Assembly (NCBI RefSeq): GCF_001194135.2
Contig: NC_068992.1
Span: forward strand, 41,814,357-41,852,630
Length of the DNA: 38,274 bases
From: Octopus bimaculoides
Taxonomy: Eukaryota
Direction: 5' to 3'
Part shown: positions 23,946 to 35,674 of the stretch, piece after piece
How positions within the stretch are numbered: position 1 is the first letter of the stretch
How the letters are laid out: each line of letters opens with the position of its first letter
Made by a program: the position numbers and the translations under genes
Notes under the pieces: model-generated
Seen by the model: only the letters and a program-made list of their open reading frames with translations
What the model was told of the DNA's origin: nothing
Database searches by the model: none

Positions 23946-24856
23946 GTCGTATAGCCAGCTGGAGACGATGTCTCCTGGGGCTAAATTACACCAACATTCG
24001 TCCTAAACCAGGACTGCCATGTTATGTTGGCAACCAATCTTTATTATATGTAAATTAGTATTATGAGAAAGTGAATGATCTGAGAAGTAATGAAGTGACT
24101 ATTTAAGTTTCTTCGTTTTAGCGCTCAGAATTAAGTTTGGTTGTGTTTTCGATGAAAAGATTTTATAGAAATTCATCCATCAAAACATCGCATACTATAC
24201 CATTCAAATTAATCTTTTAAAATTGGTTCGATATGTATTTCACAGGTTTCTGAAATTCAACTGAAATAAATTAGTTAAATTCCAAACGAAATTTGCTTGT
24301 CTGACAAAGAAGCAAATCTGGTTATGTATAGAATCTTCAACTCCTACAGATGCTTTCATTAGTGTAAACATTATAAAAAGGGCATCTTCTTAGTTTCAGT
24401 AATTAATGGTAAATCATGGAAAATATGGCTTCAAACACGTCTCGAAATGAATAAAGTTAAATTCTATACCAAACACATTACACAAGACACGCTTTCTTTA
24501 TACCATAAATGATTACTTCAGTATGTGGATCGCTTGTATGAATCACAAGTAATATTCTAAATTGGTTTCTTTATTTTATATATCTCCAACATTGCAGGGA
24601 TTTTAGGTTTTCGTTTCATGAGAATGAAATCGAAAATAAACCATCTTCATCCAATTAACAAAGGCATACTAATTTATGCAATTTATTATAGAATTTCGAA
24701 ATTTATATAATACATATCCAACTATTCAACGACACATAATTCTTTAGAATTTCCTAATTGCTGTTTTATTTTTTAAAAATTTTTCTCCTTGTTTTGTTTT
24801 CGGAATGAAAAACTAATGCAGAACTTAAATAACTTCTTGCTCATACACCCCCCCCC

Positions 24857-24888
<32 letters not shown>

Positions 24889-25190
24889 CATACAGAGAGG
24901 GAGAGAAACAAACTGGGGTAAATAAATGCATAGAACGAATGAACATGCACAACTTGTTTATAATTCAAACATAATTGCACAATTGCTAGAGCAAATAATG
25001 GATTTAGATATAAAGAATAAGATCTCTTACGGCTGTTTCTAGAATAGATATGCATGTGGTGCATATGTTATTGAACTCAGATCTTCGTATCAGCCAACTA
25101 AGCCGTCCTCAGAGAGGAACCATTCCGGAATATCCCTAATAAAGAGTATTAATAGATTTCGTGGAGAACAAACAAGGATACTTATCGTAA

Positions 25191-25260
<70 letters not shown>

Positions 25261-25261
25261 C

Positions 25262-26766
25262 TTTTCATTCCAAGGAGTGCAGCCATGCTGGAGTACCACC
25301 GTTTGCTTTGCTAGACTTTCACTAAACAGCCCCTGATATGTGATATTTGGTGGATGAAGGAGTATGGCGTTGCTGCACCCACCTGTGTTTCTTGCCTTAA
25401 GGTAGGTTGATCCGGAACACTTGACAGGAGATCCAGTTTGTTTTCAAAACGCCTACAACCAATCCATGCAAGTCTCTCAGGCTTTGTGGTGGGATACTGA
25501 AGAGGTGTGGGTTCTTCTAGCCTGACCTGTTACAGTATCTGGTCTGGTATCCTGATGGCAATTTTGGCATCTTTGGTACTACGCAGTAGCATCCCGTCCT
25601 GCTGACAATGCCAATGTTTCGTACAAGTTTTTCTAGGATTTTCTACATGTATATTATTGCATATATTTCCTGCCTTCGTTTTAGGGAGAGGAGTCTTAAC
25701 TCTTTCGGTCTCTCCCAGTAGCTGATATGTCGCATTTTGTCAAACTTCTGTGTGTAGCTTTAATGGATCGCTTCCAGTTCCGTCATTAATTTTACACTGT
25801 TTGATGACCATAGTTGGGAGCAGTAATCCAGATGGCTGAGAACGAAAGTCCTCCAAAGGATCATCACGGATTCCTCTGCACTCGTTTTGAAAGTTCGAAG
25901 GATCCATCCGGCGAAGCACCTGCATTTTATCGCTAACTTGGCCATGTGCACATGGAAAGATACATCGTTACTCATAGCCCAGGTCACGCGCTGGTTTTGA
26001 TTCAAGGATTGCAGTACCTCCTGGGTATTGTACCCTATCTGCTTTTCATTGTGCTTCAGGTGTTATAGCGCATGGCTTGTTATTTTCCGACATTAAACTG
26101 TATGTCGTTTCCCTCAGCCCACTTGTATATTGCATTCATCTCACGTTGTAGATGTGCAACGTCTCCGGGATTCGGTATCATCTGAGAGACTTTTGTATTA
26201 CCTGCATAGCTAGCAAGGGTGGCTACTGGAGCAGCTGAGGACATGTCGGAGAGGGCCACTATGAATAGCAGCGGCCCCAAGAGAGTGCCCTGTGCAACAA
26301 CACTCATTATTTGTGTTTCCTTGGAGGTTGTTCCATTGGCCACCACTACCTGACTTCTCTCTTTTAGAAAGGCATATTGCCATTCTCCAATTTTTCCAAC
26401 TATACCAAGGTTACACATATGTGACAAATCATACTATGGTCGACATTGTAAAAGGCTTTTGCAAAGATATATCATGCCCACATTTGACTTGTTAAACAGC
26501 TGCTATAGCATCCAGTCGTAATGCTGCAAGAGCTGTTACAGGCAGCTTCTACCTGGTCGCAAATTGTGTTGGGTGGCAATCATCAACTCATTCTCTTCAA
26601 GGAATGCAATTAGTTTCCTTTGGACGAATCGTTCCATGACTTTGCGGATGTGCGGGATCAGAGAGATAAGCTTATAAATTTTACCATCTGCTCCTCTTCC
26701 TCTTTATGGATAGAACATATTATTCCTACCTTTAGCTTGTCCGGGAGCTAACCATTTGCGAGGAAG

Positions 26767-26767
<1 letters not shown>
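25262..26767 (-). mobile_element. CR1/Jockey-group LINE, 5'-truncated RT to 3' end
   Basis: It reads LPDKLKVGIIC..IYKLISL..KVMER..QHNLRPGRSCL*QLL. ORF 26080-26427 has VAQGTLLGPLLFIVALSD..SYAGNTKV (decayed YADD). ORF 25760-26005 has GWILRTF..SHLDYCSQLW. The C-terminus LRDLHG..SVPDQPT..SFIHQ ends at stop 25311-25313, followed by a short 3' tail. Confidence 0.92.
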
Positions 26768-27381
<614 letters not shown>

Positions 27382-29372
27382 GATAGATATTACATGAAAA
27401 TCAGTTTCATAATAACATTCAAAAATCAATTGCTAACACAGCATTTGCCGATATTCTATTGATTCATGAATATAACTAAAACGCAGACATGATGTCTGTA
27501 TGGTGTGGGCGTCGTACATGCCAAGTACATTATATAACGCCTTGGTCGTTCCCTTCGTAAACTTAGGTGTGGCATTAATTTTGAATTGGAGGAATTAAAG
27601 GTAGATCGTCAATACTTGTTTATATCCGTATATTCAATTTCGTAGTTCCATGGATCTCAGTTGGCGTAATAAATTCTTTGACCTTACATCACACATACAT
27701 ATATACATATGCATATACATATATATATATGTACATAGAAGGAAGAGTCCCGTGAAATCCATATATATATATATATATATCCAGTAGTAATCCGGGTGGA
27801 ATGTGGGATATTGGTGTACAAATTCACCACATCGAATGATACTAACAGGGTTCCTTCACTTATTGTCTTCTGGAGGTGCTTTAGCATATCTAAATCATCC
27901 CTGATGAAGCTTTTCACATATTTTAGAAACGGTTTGAGTAAGATGTCGAGGAAGTTGCTCAAACGGTGGGTTTCACAAGCATGGCCAGCAATAATGGGTC
28001 TCAGTTTGAGATCAGTAGGGGGAGGAATATTAATGCAGAGGCTTGGAGAAACTTTGTAAGCTTTACAAATATGTGGATTCTTGTGTATTTTGGGCAATCC
28101 ATACAATAGACTAGGTCTGTATTTAAAATTGGATAAATAGTCAATTTCATCTTTAGTTAAACCCTTTCCATGTAATTGAAGTAAGGAGGATAAGTTTTTA
28201 AGAGTCTTCTGTGGGTTGTATTGTACTATCATCTCATAGTAAATATTATTTTCCAACATGGACAGTATTAACTTTTTGTAGTACTCTGTGCCTATCACCC
28301 CTACCACACTTCCTTCGTCGGCTTCTTTAATGGTGAGGTTTAAATCATTTTTTAACACGATTAGGTATTTCCATTCATTTATATTAAGGTTGGATTTAAT
28401 TCGTTGTTTTTGTAGGGTATTGAAAGGAAAACTGGTAATGTGTTCACAAAAAGCATCAAGTGCTTAAATTCTGCCCATTGTAAGACAGTATTCACTTTTG
28501 TTTTTTACTATAGACTCATATTCGCTGGTGTAGTTTTTAAGTGCTTCTGTGAGGAGTAATTTTCGGCAGAAATCCATAGTGTTATCCTTAATTTCATTCG
28601 AGTTCGACCTGCGAGGGGTTGGAGTAAACTTTAAACCTCTTGCTAGAATTCTAGTTTGTGTAACACTTAGGATTTTCTTTGATAAGTTGATTATTTTTGG
28701 TTGTTCTTGTACATTTTGTTCCATTTCACATCTCTGTTTCTCTGATTTAAGTCTAAAAAATGGTTGTAGCAGGTGGGTTGTTGTAGAAAGTTTCTATGGT
28801 GTTTGGTTTGCTGAGGAGAAAATGGGTGTAAAGTGTATCCGTGGTAATATGTTGGTGGTGGGGTGGTGGGGTGGCTGTGAAGCGGGCTAGATTATGGCTG
28901 TACTGAGGGTTGTTATATTGTCTATGGTTCATGTGGTTAGGGTTAAGTTTATTTTTAATATTGTAATGTGGGTGGAGGGAGAAGTTATGCTGTCTCGTTA
29001 GGTTGTGTCTTGTTGAATGATTGAAGTAACCATGTTGAGGGTTAAGTCTCGGAGGTAAATTCTTCCATTTATTGTGAGATGATGGAGGTGGATTGGTAGG
29101 AATTGGTTGCCAAAAGTTTAGGTTAGTCTGGAGGTTTTGATGGAACCTTTGATTTGTATGTAGGATGCCATGAGGATTACGTCCAGATTTTCTATTGTGG
29201 GCTGAATTCCTAATTGTTGTTTGTAAGTTATTTTGGGATGTAAGAGAGGTTAGGTTGGTGGAGTTGTCTCCCCTTGACCGTCTGTGGTCTGTGTTAGATA
29301 AGCGTGGGTTCAATTACTGTGTCCTTAAGTTTGTGAAGGGGAGACAAGCTCCCCCACCCAGCCTAGCCAGCA

Positions 29373-29415
29373 TTCAGGGACATGTTTCTGAGTCTTTGCT
29401 CGTCATCAGCCTGAA
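29373..29415 (-). ncRNA. Minimal type I hammerhead ribozyme in PLE pseudo-LTR
   Basis: The minus strand reads TTCAGG-CTGATGA-CGAGCAAAGACTCA-GAAA-CATGTC-CCTGAA. Stem I is a perfect 6 bp and the CUGAUGA and GAAA boxes are intact. Stem II is GAG/CTC with a C-A closing mismatch, and stem III is the palindrome ACATGT. The GUC triplet gives a predicted cut between 29379 and 29378. Confidence 0.85.
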
Positions 29416-29649
29416 ACAGTAATTGTGTCAAGGCCGACAGGAAGCGGTCCAGCTTCCTAGGGCTAAACAGCAGTAGTGTATTCCCTTATTGGGATTGTCA
29501 CATTAAGTTGACAATATACTACAACTTTGTCGCTCCACTACTGCTTAAATCTCTCTGAGAGATTTAGAAATATTATATTTCTAATTTTGCTGATCAGTGA
29601 ATGAACTTCACTATGATTTACATACGTTTGTGAAGGAGANNNNNNNNNN

Positions 29650-29863
29650 TCAATTACTGTGTCCTTAAGTTTGTGAAGGGGAGACAAGCTCCCCCACCCA
29701 GCCTAGCCAGCATTCAGGGACATGTTTCTGAGTCTTTGCTCGTCATCAGCCTGAAACAGTAATTGTGTCAAGGCCGACAGGAAGCGGTCCAGCTTCCTAG
29801 GGCTAAACAGCAGTAGTGTATTCCCTTATTGGGATTGTCACATTAAGTTGACAATATACTACA

Positions 29864-29868
<5 letters not shown>
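29650..29868 (-). repeat. 219-bp exact duplicate of 29310-29528 (second pseudo-LTR copy)
   Basis: It is base-for-base identical at offset 340 across a 10-N gap. The copies diverge at 29529/29869. Confidence 0.9.
29713..29755 (-). ncRNA. Second copy of the minimal hammerhead ribozyme
   Basis: Identical to 29373-29415. Its reality depends on the duplication not being an assembly artefact. Confidence 0.7.
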
Positions 29869-29906
<38 letters not shown>

Positions 29907-30164
29907 GAATCTGTATATACATAGATACGCACATACTTGCATAGAAATAGATTAAAACGTCAGTCACTCCCAAACATTTACACGTATATGTGAGCGGTGT
30001 TTCTATTTATGTTTGTTTTCAGATGTGAACAATTATATCTGACTTAGATACATGTGTTTTGCTTAACGACAAGTGAATGCTACAATTTATTTTGCAAGAT
30101 TTCCACCAACTCCAATGCAACCCTAAAAGGAAAAAGCATAATCAAACAATAAAAAAAAAAATGA

Positions 30165-30610
30165 AGACAAGCGTGGCTGTGTGGTAAGATGCTTTCCTCC
30201 CAACTACATGGTTACGCGTTCAGTCCCACTGTGGCATCTTCGGCAAGTGTTTTCTACTATAGATTCGGGGAGACCCAAACCGAAACTGAAAGAAGCCCGT
30301 CGTATATCCATTCACCCAGCCATCAATATATCTGTGCGTGTTTGTGTGTGTGTGGGTGTGTGTGCGTGTGTGTGTGTGCGTGTGTGCTTATGTGCATGTG
30401 TGTATGTGTTTGCGTGTGTGCGTGTGTGCGTGTGTGTGTGTTTGTCCCCCATCACCGCTTCACAAGCGTTGTTGCTGTTCTTATGCCCCTATCAAGACAA
30501 TAAGAACTAGGCTTAAATAAAATAAGTCCTGGGGTCGATTTGTACGACGAAAATCCCGTGAAAGCCCTGCTCCAGCATGACTGCATTCAAGTGGTTCAAA
30601 CAAATAGATG
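30165..30610 (+). mobile_element. SINE family 1, near full length with internal (TG)n
   Basis: Head GTGGCTGTGTGGTAAG..GTTCAGTCCC, core GAAACTGAAAGAAGCCCGTCG, internal microsatellite, body TTTGTCCCCC..AATAAGTCCTGGGGTCGATT and tail GCTCCAGCATGACTGCA are all present. Confidence 0.88.
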
Positions 30611-30910
30611 GATGAAGAAAAAGGAAAAAAATAACGAATGCAAAATAAAGCCAAATGTTTGGCTTCTGTGGAAGACAAATTCTATCTTGTTTACTAAAGG
30701 TCTTTTTCTGGTAATCTTTCACATTGCTAAACGTGCTTAATTATCTCTCGGTCTCATTAAGTACACACATTGTTATTATTAATCTATCACTTGGTGAATT
30801 TTCCCACTTTCACACTTGATTTCTCTGTCTCTCATACAATTACTCCTCTCATTTTCTACATGAGATTTCATTGTACACACACGAACACACACACGCGCGA
30901 AAGCATACAC

Positions 30911-30965
<55 letters not shown>

Positions 30966-31532
30966 NNNNNNNNNNNNNNNNNNNNNNNNNNNNNNNNNNN
31001 NNNNNNNNNNNNNNNNNNNNNNNNNNNNNNNNNNNNNNNNNNNNNNNNNNNNNNNNNNNNNNNNNNNNNNNNNNNNNNNNNNNNNNNNNNNNNNNNNNNN
31101 NNNNNNNNNNNNNNNNNNNNNNNNNNNNNNNNNNNNNNNNNNNNNNNNNNNNNNNNNNNNNNNNNNNNNNNNNNNNNNNNNNNNNNNNNNNNNNNNNNNN
31201 NNNNNNNNNNNNNNNNNNNNNNNNNNNNNNNNNNNNNNNNNNNNNNNNNNNNNNNNNNNNNNNNNNNNNNNNNNNNNNNNNNNNNNNNNNNNNNNNNNNN
31301 NNNNNNNNNNNNNNNNNNNNNNNNNNNNNNNNNNNNNNNNNNNNNNNNNNNNNNNNNNNNNNNNNNNNNNNNNNNNNNNNNNNNNNNNNNNNNNNNNNNN
31401 NNNNNNNNNNNNNNNNNNNNNNNNNNNNNNNNNNNNNNNNNNNNNNNNNNNNNNNNNNNNNNNNNNNNNNNNNNNNNNNNNNNNNNNNNNNNNNNNNNNN
31501 NNNNNNNNNNNNNNNNNNNNNNNNNNNNNNNN

Positions 31533-31569
<37 letters not shown>

Positions 31570-31964
31570 TTTGTTTTCTGTTTTTCTTTATTAGAAATTG
31601 AAGAACCAGGGACATTATGTTTGCATTGCGGTTTATATTTATATCATAATTGTTTATTTATACACGATGACTCAGACAAGACGTCTATTAGTAAAGCAAA
31701 ATCGAGGGAAAGAACAAAATTACATAACGAAGCTTAAAGCTAATACATTAACAGCAATATAAAGACATTATCTAAATATAAGACATTATCTATAGACTGT
31801 ATGTAACAACACGAGGATAGGAAGGCGTGTACAACACATTAATACCTCTTATTACTAGCCGCATAAACTAATCAATTGTTTATACATGTCTGTGCGATAA
31901 GAATATAAATATGTGTGTGTGTGTGTGTGGTATGTGTGCTTGCGTGCGTTTGTGTGTGTAAATG

Positions 31965-32013
<49 letters not shown>

Positions 32014-32827
32014 CAAATTGGACATGTCTATATCTATGTTTAAGTAAGTGANNNNNNNNNNNNNNNNNNNNNNNNNNNNNNNNNNNNNNNNNNNNNNNNN
32101 NNNNNNNNNNNNNNNNNNNNNNNNNNNNNNNNNNNNNNNNNNNNNNNNNNNNNNNNNNNNNNNNNNNNNNNNNNNNNNNNNNNNNNNNNNNNNNNNNNNN
32201 NNNNNNNNNNNNNNNNNNNNNNNNNNNNNNNNNNNNNNNNNNNNNNNNNNNNNNNNNNNNNNNNNNNNNNNNNNNNNNNNNNNNNNNNNNNNNNNNNNNN
32301 NNNNNNNNNNNNNNNNNNNNNNNNNNNNNNNNNNNNNNNNNNNNNNNNNNNNNNNNNNNNNNNNNNNNNNNNNNNNNNNNNNNNNNNNNNNNNNNNNNNN
32401 NNNNNNNNNNNNNNNNNNNNNNNNNNNNNNNNNNNNNNNNNNNNNNNNNNNNNNNNNNNNNNNNNNNNNNNNNNNNNNNNNNNNNNNNNNNNNNNNNNNN
32501 NNNNNNNNNNNNNNNNNNNNNNNNNNNNNNNNNNNNNNNNNNNNNNNNNNNNNNNNNNNNNNNNNNNNNNNNNNNNNNNNNNNNNNNNNNNNNNNNNNNN
32601 NNNNNNNNNNNNNNNNNNNNNNNNNNNNNNNNNNNNNNNNNNNNNNNNNNNNNNNNNNNNNNNNNNNNNNNNNNNNNNNNNNNNNNNNNNNNNNNNNNNN
32701 NNNNNNNNNNNNNNNNNNNNNNNNNNNNNNNNNNNNNNNNNNNNNNNNNNNNNNNNNNNNNNNNNNNNNNNNNNNNNNNNNNNNNNNNNNNNNNNNNNNN
32801 NNNNNNNNNNNNNNNNNNNNNNNNNNN

Positions 32828-32864
<37 letters not shown>

Positions 32865-32866
<2 letters not shown>

Positions 32867-33232
32867 CAGGGGTTGGACAAAATAGTGGAAACATTTTAAA
32901 ATTTCAATCAAATTTAATTTAATATGGGGCACGACCGCCTTTGGTAGTAATTACAGCTTGAATTCTTCCAGGTATCGACTCATATAAAGTTTGAATTGTT
33001 TCCAAAGGAATTTTTGCCCATTCTTCATCTAAAACAGTCTGCAGTTCTTGTAGTGATGAAGGTGGAGGATATCGACTCCTTACTTGTTTTTCTAAAATGC
33101 ACCATAAACGTTCAATAATATTGAGATCTGCGAACTCTGTTGGCCAAGTAAGATGTTAAACTTTACTAGAATGTTCCCCCTGCTGTTCTGTAATAAATTT
33201 AGCTGTTTGAATTGGTGCATTATCATCCCAAT
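32865..33232 (-). mobile_element. Tc1-type DNA transposon 3' end (transposase C-terminus plus TIR)
   Basis: The minus frame reads DDNAPIQTAKFITEQQGEHSSKV*HLTWPTEFADLNIIERLW..LQELQTVLDEEWAKIPLETIQTLYESIPGRIQAVITTKGGRAPY* (stop 32919-32921). The terminus is TA-CAGGGGTTGGACAAAATAGTGGAAAC at 32865. Confidence 0.93.
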
Positions 33233-33371
33233 AGGGCTTAGCGTAAGAACCACATTCAAAAGTCACATTGTAAAATTTAACAAGAAATTATATATGCAGT
33301 TTCAAGGTGCAGCCATTGGTGTCGGTATAGCTGGAGATTTAGCCGGTCTCTTAATGACCTGGTGGGACCGA
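33231..33371 (+). mobile_element. Penelope-like RT fragment (motif B' region)
   Basis: Within ORF 33153-33818 it reads IGLSVRTTFKSHIVKFNKKLYMQFQGAAIGVGIAGDLAGLLMTWWDR. This fits the PLE pattern F.Fn.k.Y.Q..G..iG......lA...M.wwD. Confidence 0.7.
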
Positions 33372-33384
33372 AACCGTAAGCAAT

Positions 33385-33612
33385 CCTTACCACCATCGGG
33401 GACAAACACAGATACACAAATATATACACACGCATACATATATATATACATATATTCATATATACGACGGGCTCCTATCAGTTTCCGTCTACCAAATCCA
33501 CTCACAAGGCTTTGGTCTGCCCGAGGCTATAGTAGAAGACACTTGCCCAAGGTTCCACGCTGTGGGAATAGACCCGGAGCCAAGCTACTTACCACACAGC
33601 CACTCCTGCGTC
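33385..33612 (-). mobile_element. SINE family 1, 5' half
   Basis: The reverse complement reads GCAGGAGTGGCTGTGTGGTAAGTAGC..GGCAAGTGTCTTCTACTATAGCCTCGGG..GTGAGTGGATTTGGTAGACGGAAACTGA, then microsatellite, then TGTTTGTCCCC. Confidence 0.9.
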
Positions 33613-33816
33613 TATATATATATAANNNNNNNNNNNNNNNNNNNNNNNNNNNNNNNNNNNNNNNNNNNNNNNNNNNNNNNNNNNNNNNNNNNNNNNNNNN
33701 NNNNNNNNNNNNNNNNNNNNNNNNNNNNNNNNNNNNNNNNNNNNNNNNNNNNNNNNNNNNNNNNNNNNNNNNNNNNNNNNNNNNNNNNNNNNNNNNNNNN
33801 NNNNNNTATATATATT

Positions 33817-34110
33817 AGTGGATTTGGTAGACGAAGAATGAAAGAAGTACGTCGTGTATATATACACATATATATACGTATGTATGTATGTATGTATGAG
33901 TGTCCTTATTCGTTTGAGTCTGTTTTTGTCCCGTCAATTTCTTGAGGCTGTTGCGTTTACGTCTTCGCTAATGAGCAGTTCGGAAAGAGACCAATAGAAT
34001 GAGTCCTACTCTTACAAAGAATAAGTCCTGGTGTCCATTTGCTCGACTAAAGGCCGTGCACTAGAATGGTCGCAGTTAAATGACTGAAACATGTAAAAGA
34101 ATAAAAGAAT
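33817..34110 (+). mobile_element. SINE family 1, core to 3' tail
   Basis: AGTGGATTTGGTAGACG..AAAGAATAAGTCCTGG..TGGTCGCAGTTAAATGACTGAAACATGTAAAAGA. Confidence 0.88.
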
Positions 34111-35674
34111 ATATATATATATATATAATAATAGTCACATTTTCATTATATATAATATCCACATTTTCCTAAAAAAGGACGATGCCACCATTCCTTACTG
34201 GCAATCTTTTCCTCGACGAAAAAGTGGGATAAATACAGTACATGTGGATTCACGAATTCAAATGCTCAACGTCTGGTCTTGTTTTCACTTTCAATGCAAC
34301 AACTACATCACCCCATCCTCCACAGTGGACAGAAAACAAATTGGAGCCAACAAATCAATTTCTCAGATATTGTGATGCTTTGCTATGTATCTATCAACAA
34401 ATACAAAAAGGTAAATTTGTGTCTACGTTATCAACTGAACACTAAGATTATCTCTAACTCTGAATATTTTAGTTTTAGATCTGAAAAATACGGAACTCTT
34501 TATGTATGCAATAAAATCAATACAGTGGAAAGATATTAAAAGAGATTCTCTCGAGAAAGCAACATTATCTTCACGATGTTTTTTCATTTATACTGAAAAA
34601 AAATAGTGTTTCAAATTATGCTGCATTTAATCAAGTCTCACTTCCCCTACACAACAAGCCTCACGATTTTCAGGGAGAATATTCTGGATTATTTCTATTT
34701 AAGTAGTCGATTGCCACTTATTTTACTAAACCTCACAAGTGTACGAGGCAGATTTGTCTTTGGTGAGATTTGAAATCAGAAATACCTAATTTAGCATCTA
34801 AGATATAATAACAACATTTCACAATAATATTTCAAATATATATCGAAATAGGAATTTTTTAACTCCAAAGCTGTACTAAGAGTAAACTGCATAGATAAAT
34901 TGCTATAAACCATTCTCTTCACAATAGTAATACAAACAACAAAGACACTATTTAAGTACTTAGATTCATATGTTACATTAATCCGCCTAATCAAAGCGGA
35001 AATTTATCAAACAAAATTCGCCAAATAATCAAGTAATAGATATAAAACAGCGAACGATAAAGCAAACAGACGTAAATTGAAATAACCTATATATGATAAT
35101 TAGATGTTGCTTCCTGGACGCAATAATGCCGTGGGGACGGTTAATGTTTAGTAAAATTGAAGGGTGTTGCTTTTGTTGACGAGTTACGAAATTAATTGCA
35201 GCATTGGTGTTTTAGACAATACAATCAGTTTATATGTGATAGGCTGTTTTTATTTGATTTATTACATTATCTTTGATTTGGCAGAAACAAAAAGACAAAA
35301 AAAGAATTAAAAGCTAGAAAAAAAAAGCAAAATAAAAGCTGATGAAACTAAAAATGATTTTTAAAACAAGAAACGAGATAATACTTGCAGTAACCTCATA
35401 TTCAATATAGACATACAGAAGAATGATTTATATAAGCATAAATGTATCTAGATTAATATTTCCTACACATATAAATATATCACTAGATACACTCAGTTAC
35501 GCACACACACACACACACACAGACAATTATATATATGCATACATATAACTATATATATATATACGCACTATATATATATGCATATACGTACATATATATG
35601 CTTATATATAAACGTATATATGGATATAAATATATATATATATGTATATATATATGTAGATATATATGTATATA

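Larger units (their letters stand above)
27785..29868 (-). mobile_element. Penelope-like element: tandem pseudo-LTRs, N-terminal region and RT (3' truncated)
   Basis: ORF 28464-28724 has IINLSKKILS..ILARGLKFTPTP. After a single stop the same frame continues ALDAFC..KSNLNINEWKYL..LKNDLNLTIKEADEG. ORF 27684-28358 has YGLPKIHK, LRPIIAG and SFDVVNLYTNIPH, then breaks into microsatellite near 27790. An Asn/His/Thr-rich upstream ORF (28753-29313) is in another frame. The 5' region carries hammerhead motifs. Confidence 0.95.

Noticed and set aside
27900-27945. CTGATGA...GAAAC on the plus strand
   Set aside because: It is antisense to RT codons (IRDD) and has no stem I, II or III pairing, so it is not a hammerhead.
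28753-29313. Asn/His/Thr-rich 186-aa ORF as an independent gene
   Set aside because: It sits between the pseudo-LTR and the Penelope RT frame on the same strand. It is best read as the low-complexity N-terminus of the PLE protein, separated by a frameshift.
30481-30678. ORF MSSTEAKH...CSHAGAGL
   Set aside because: It is an antisense translation of the SINE tail.
34325-34410. Candidate exon ending AAAG|GTAAAT
   Set aside because: There is no recognisable protein in any frame and the acceptor is weak; RNA-seq would be needed.
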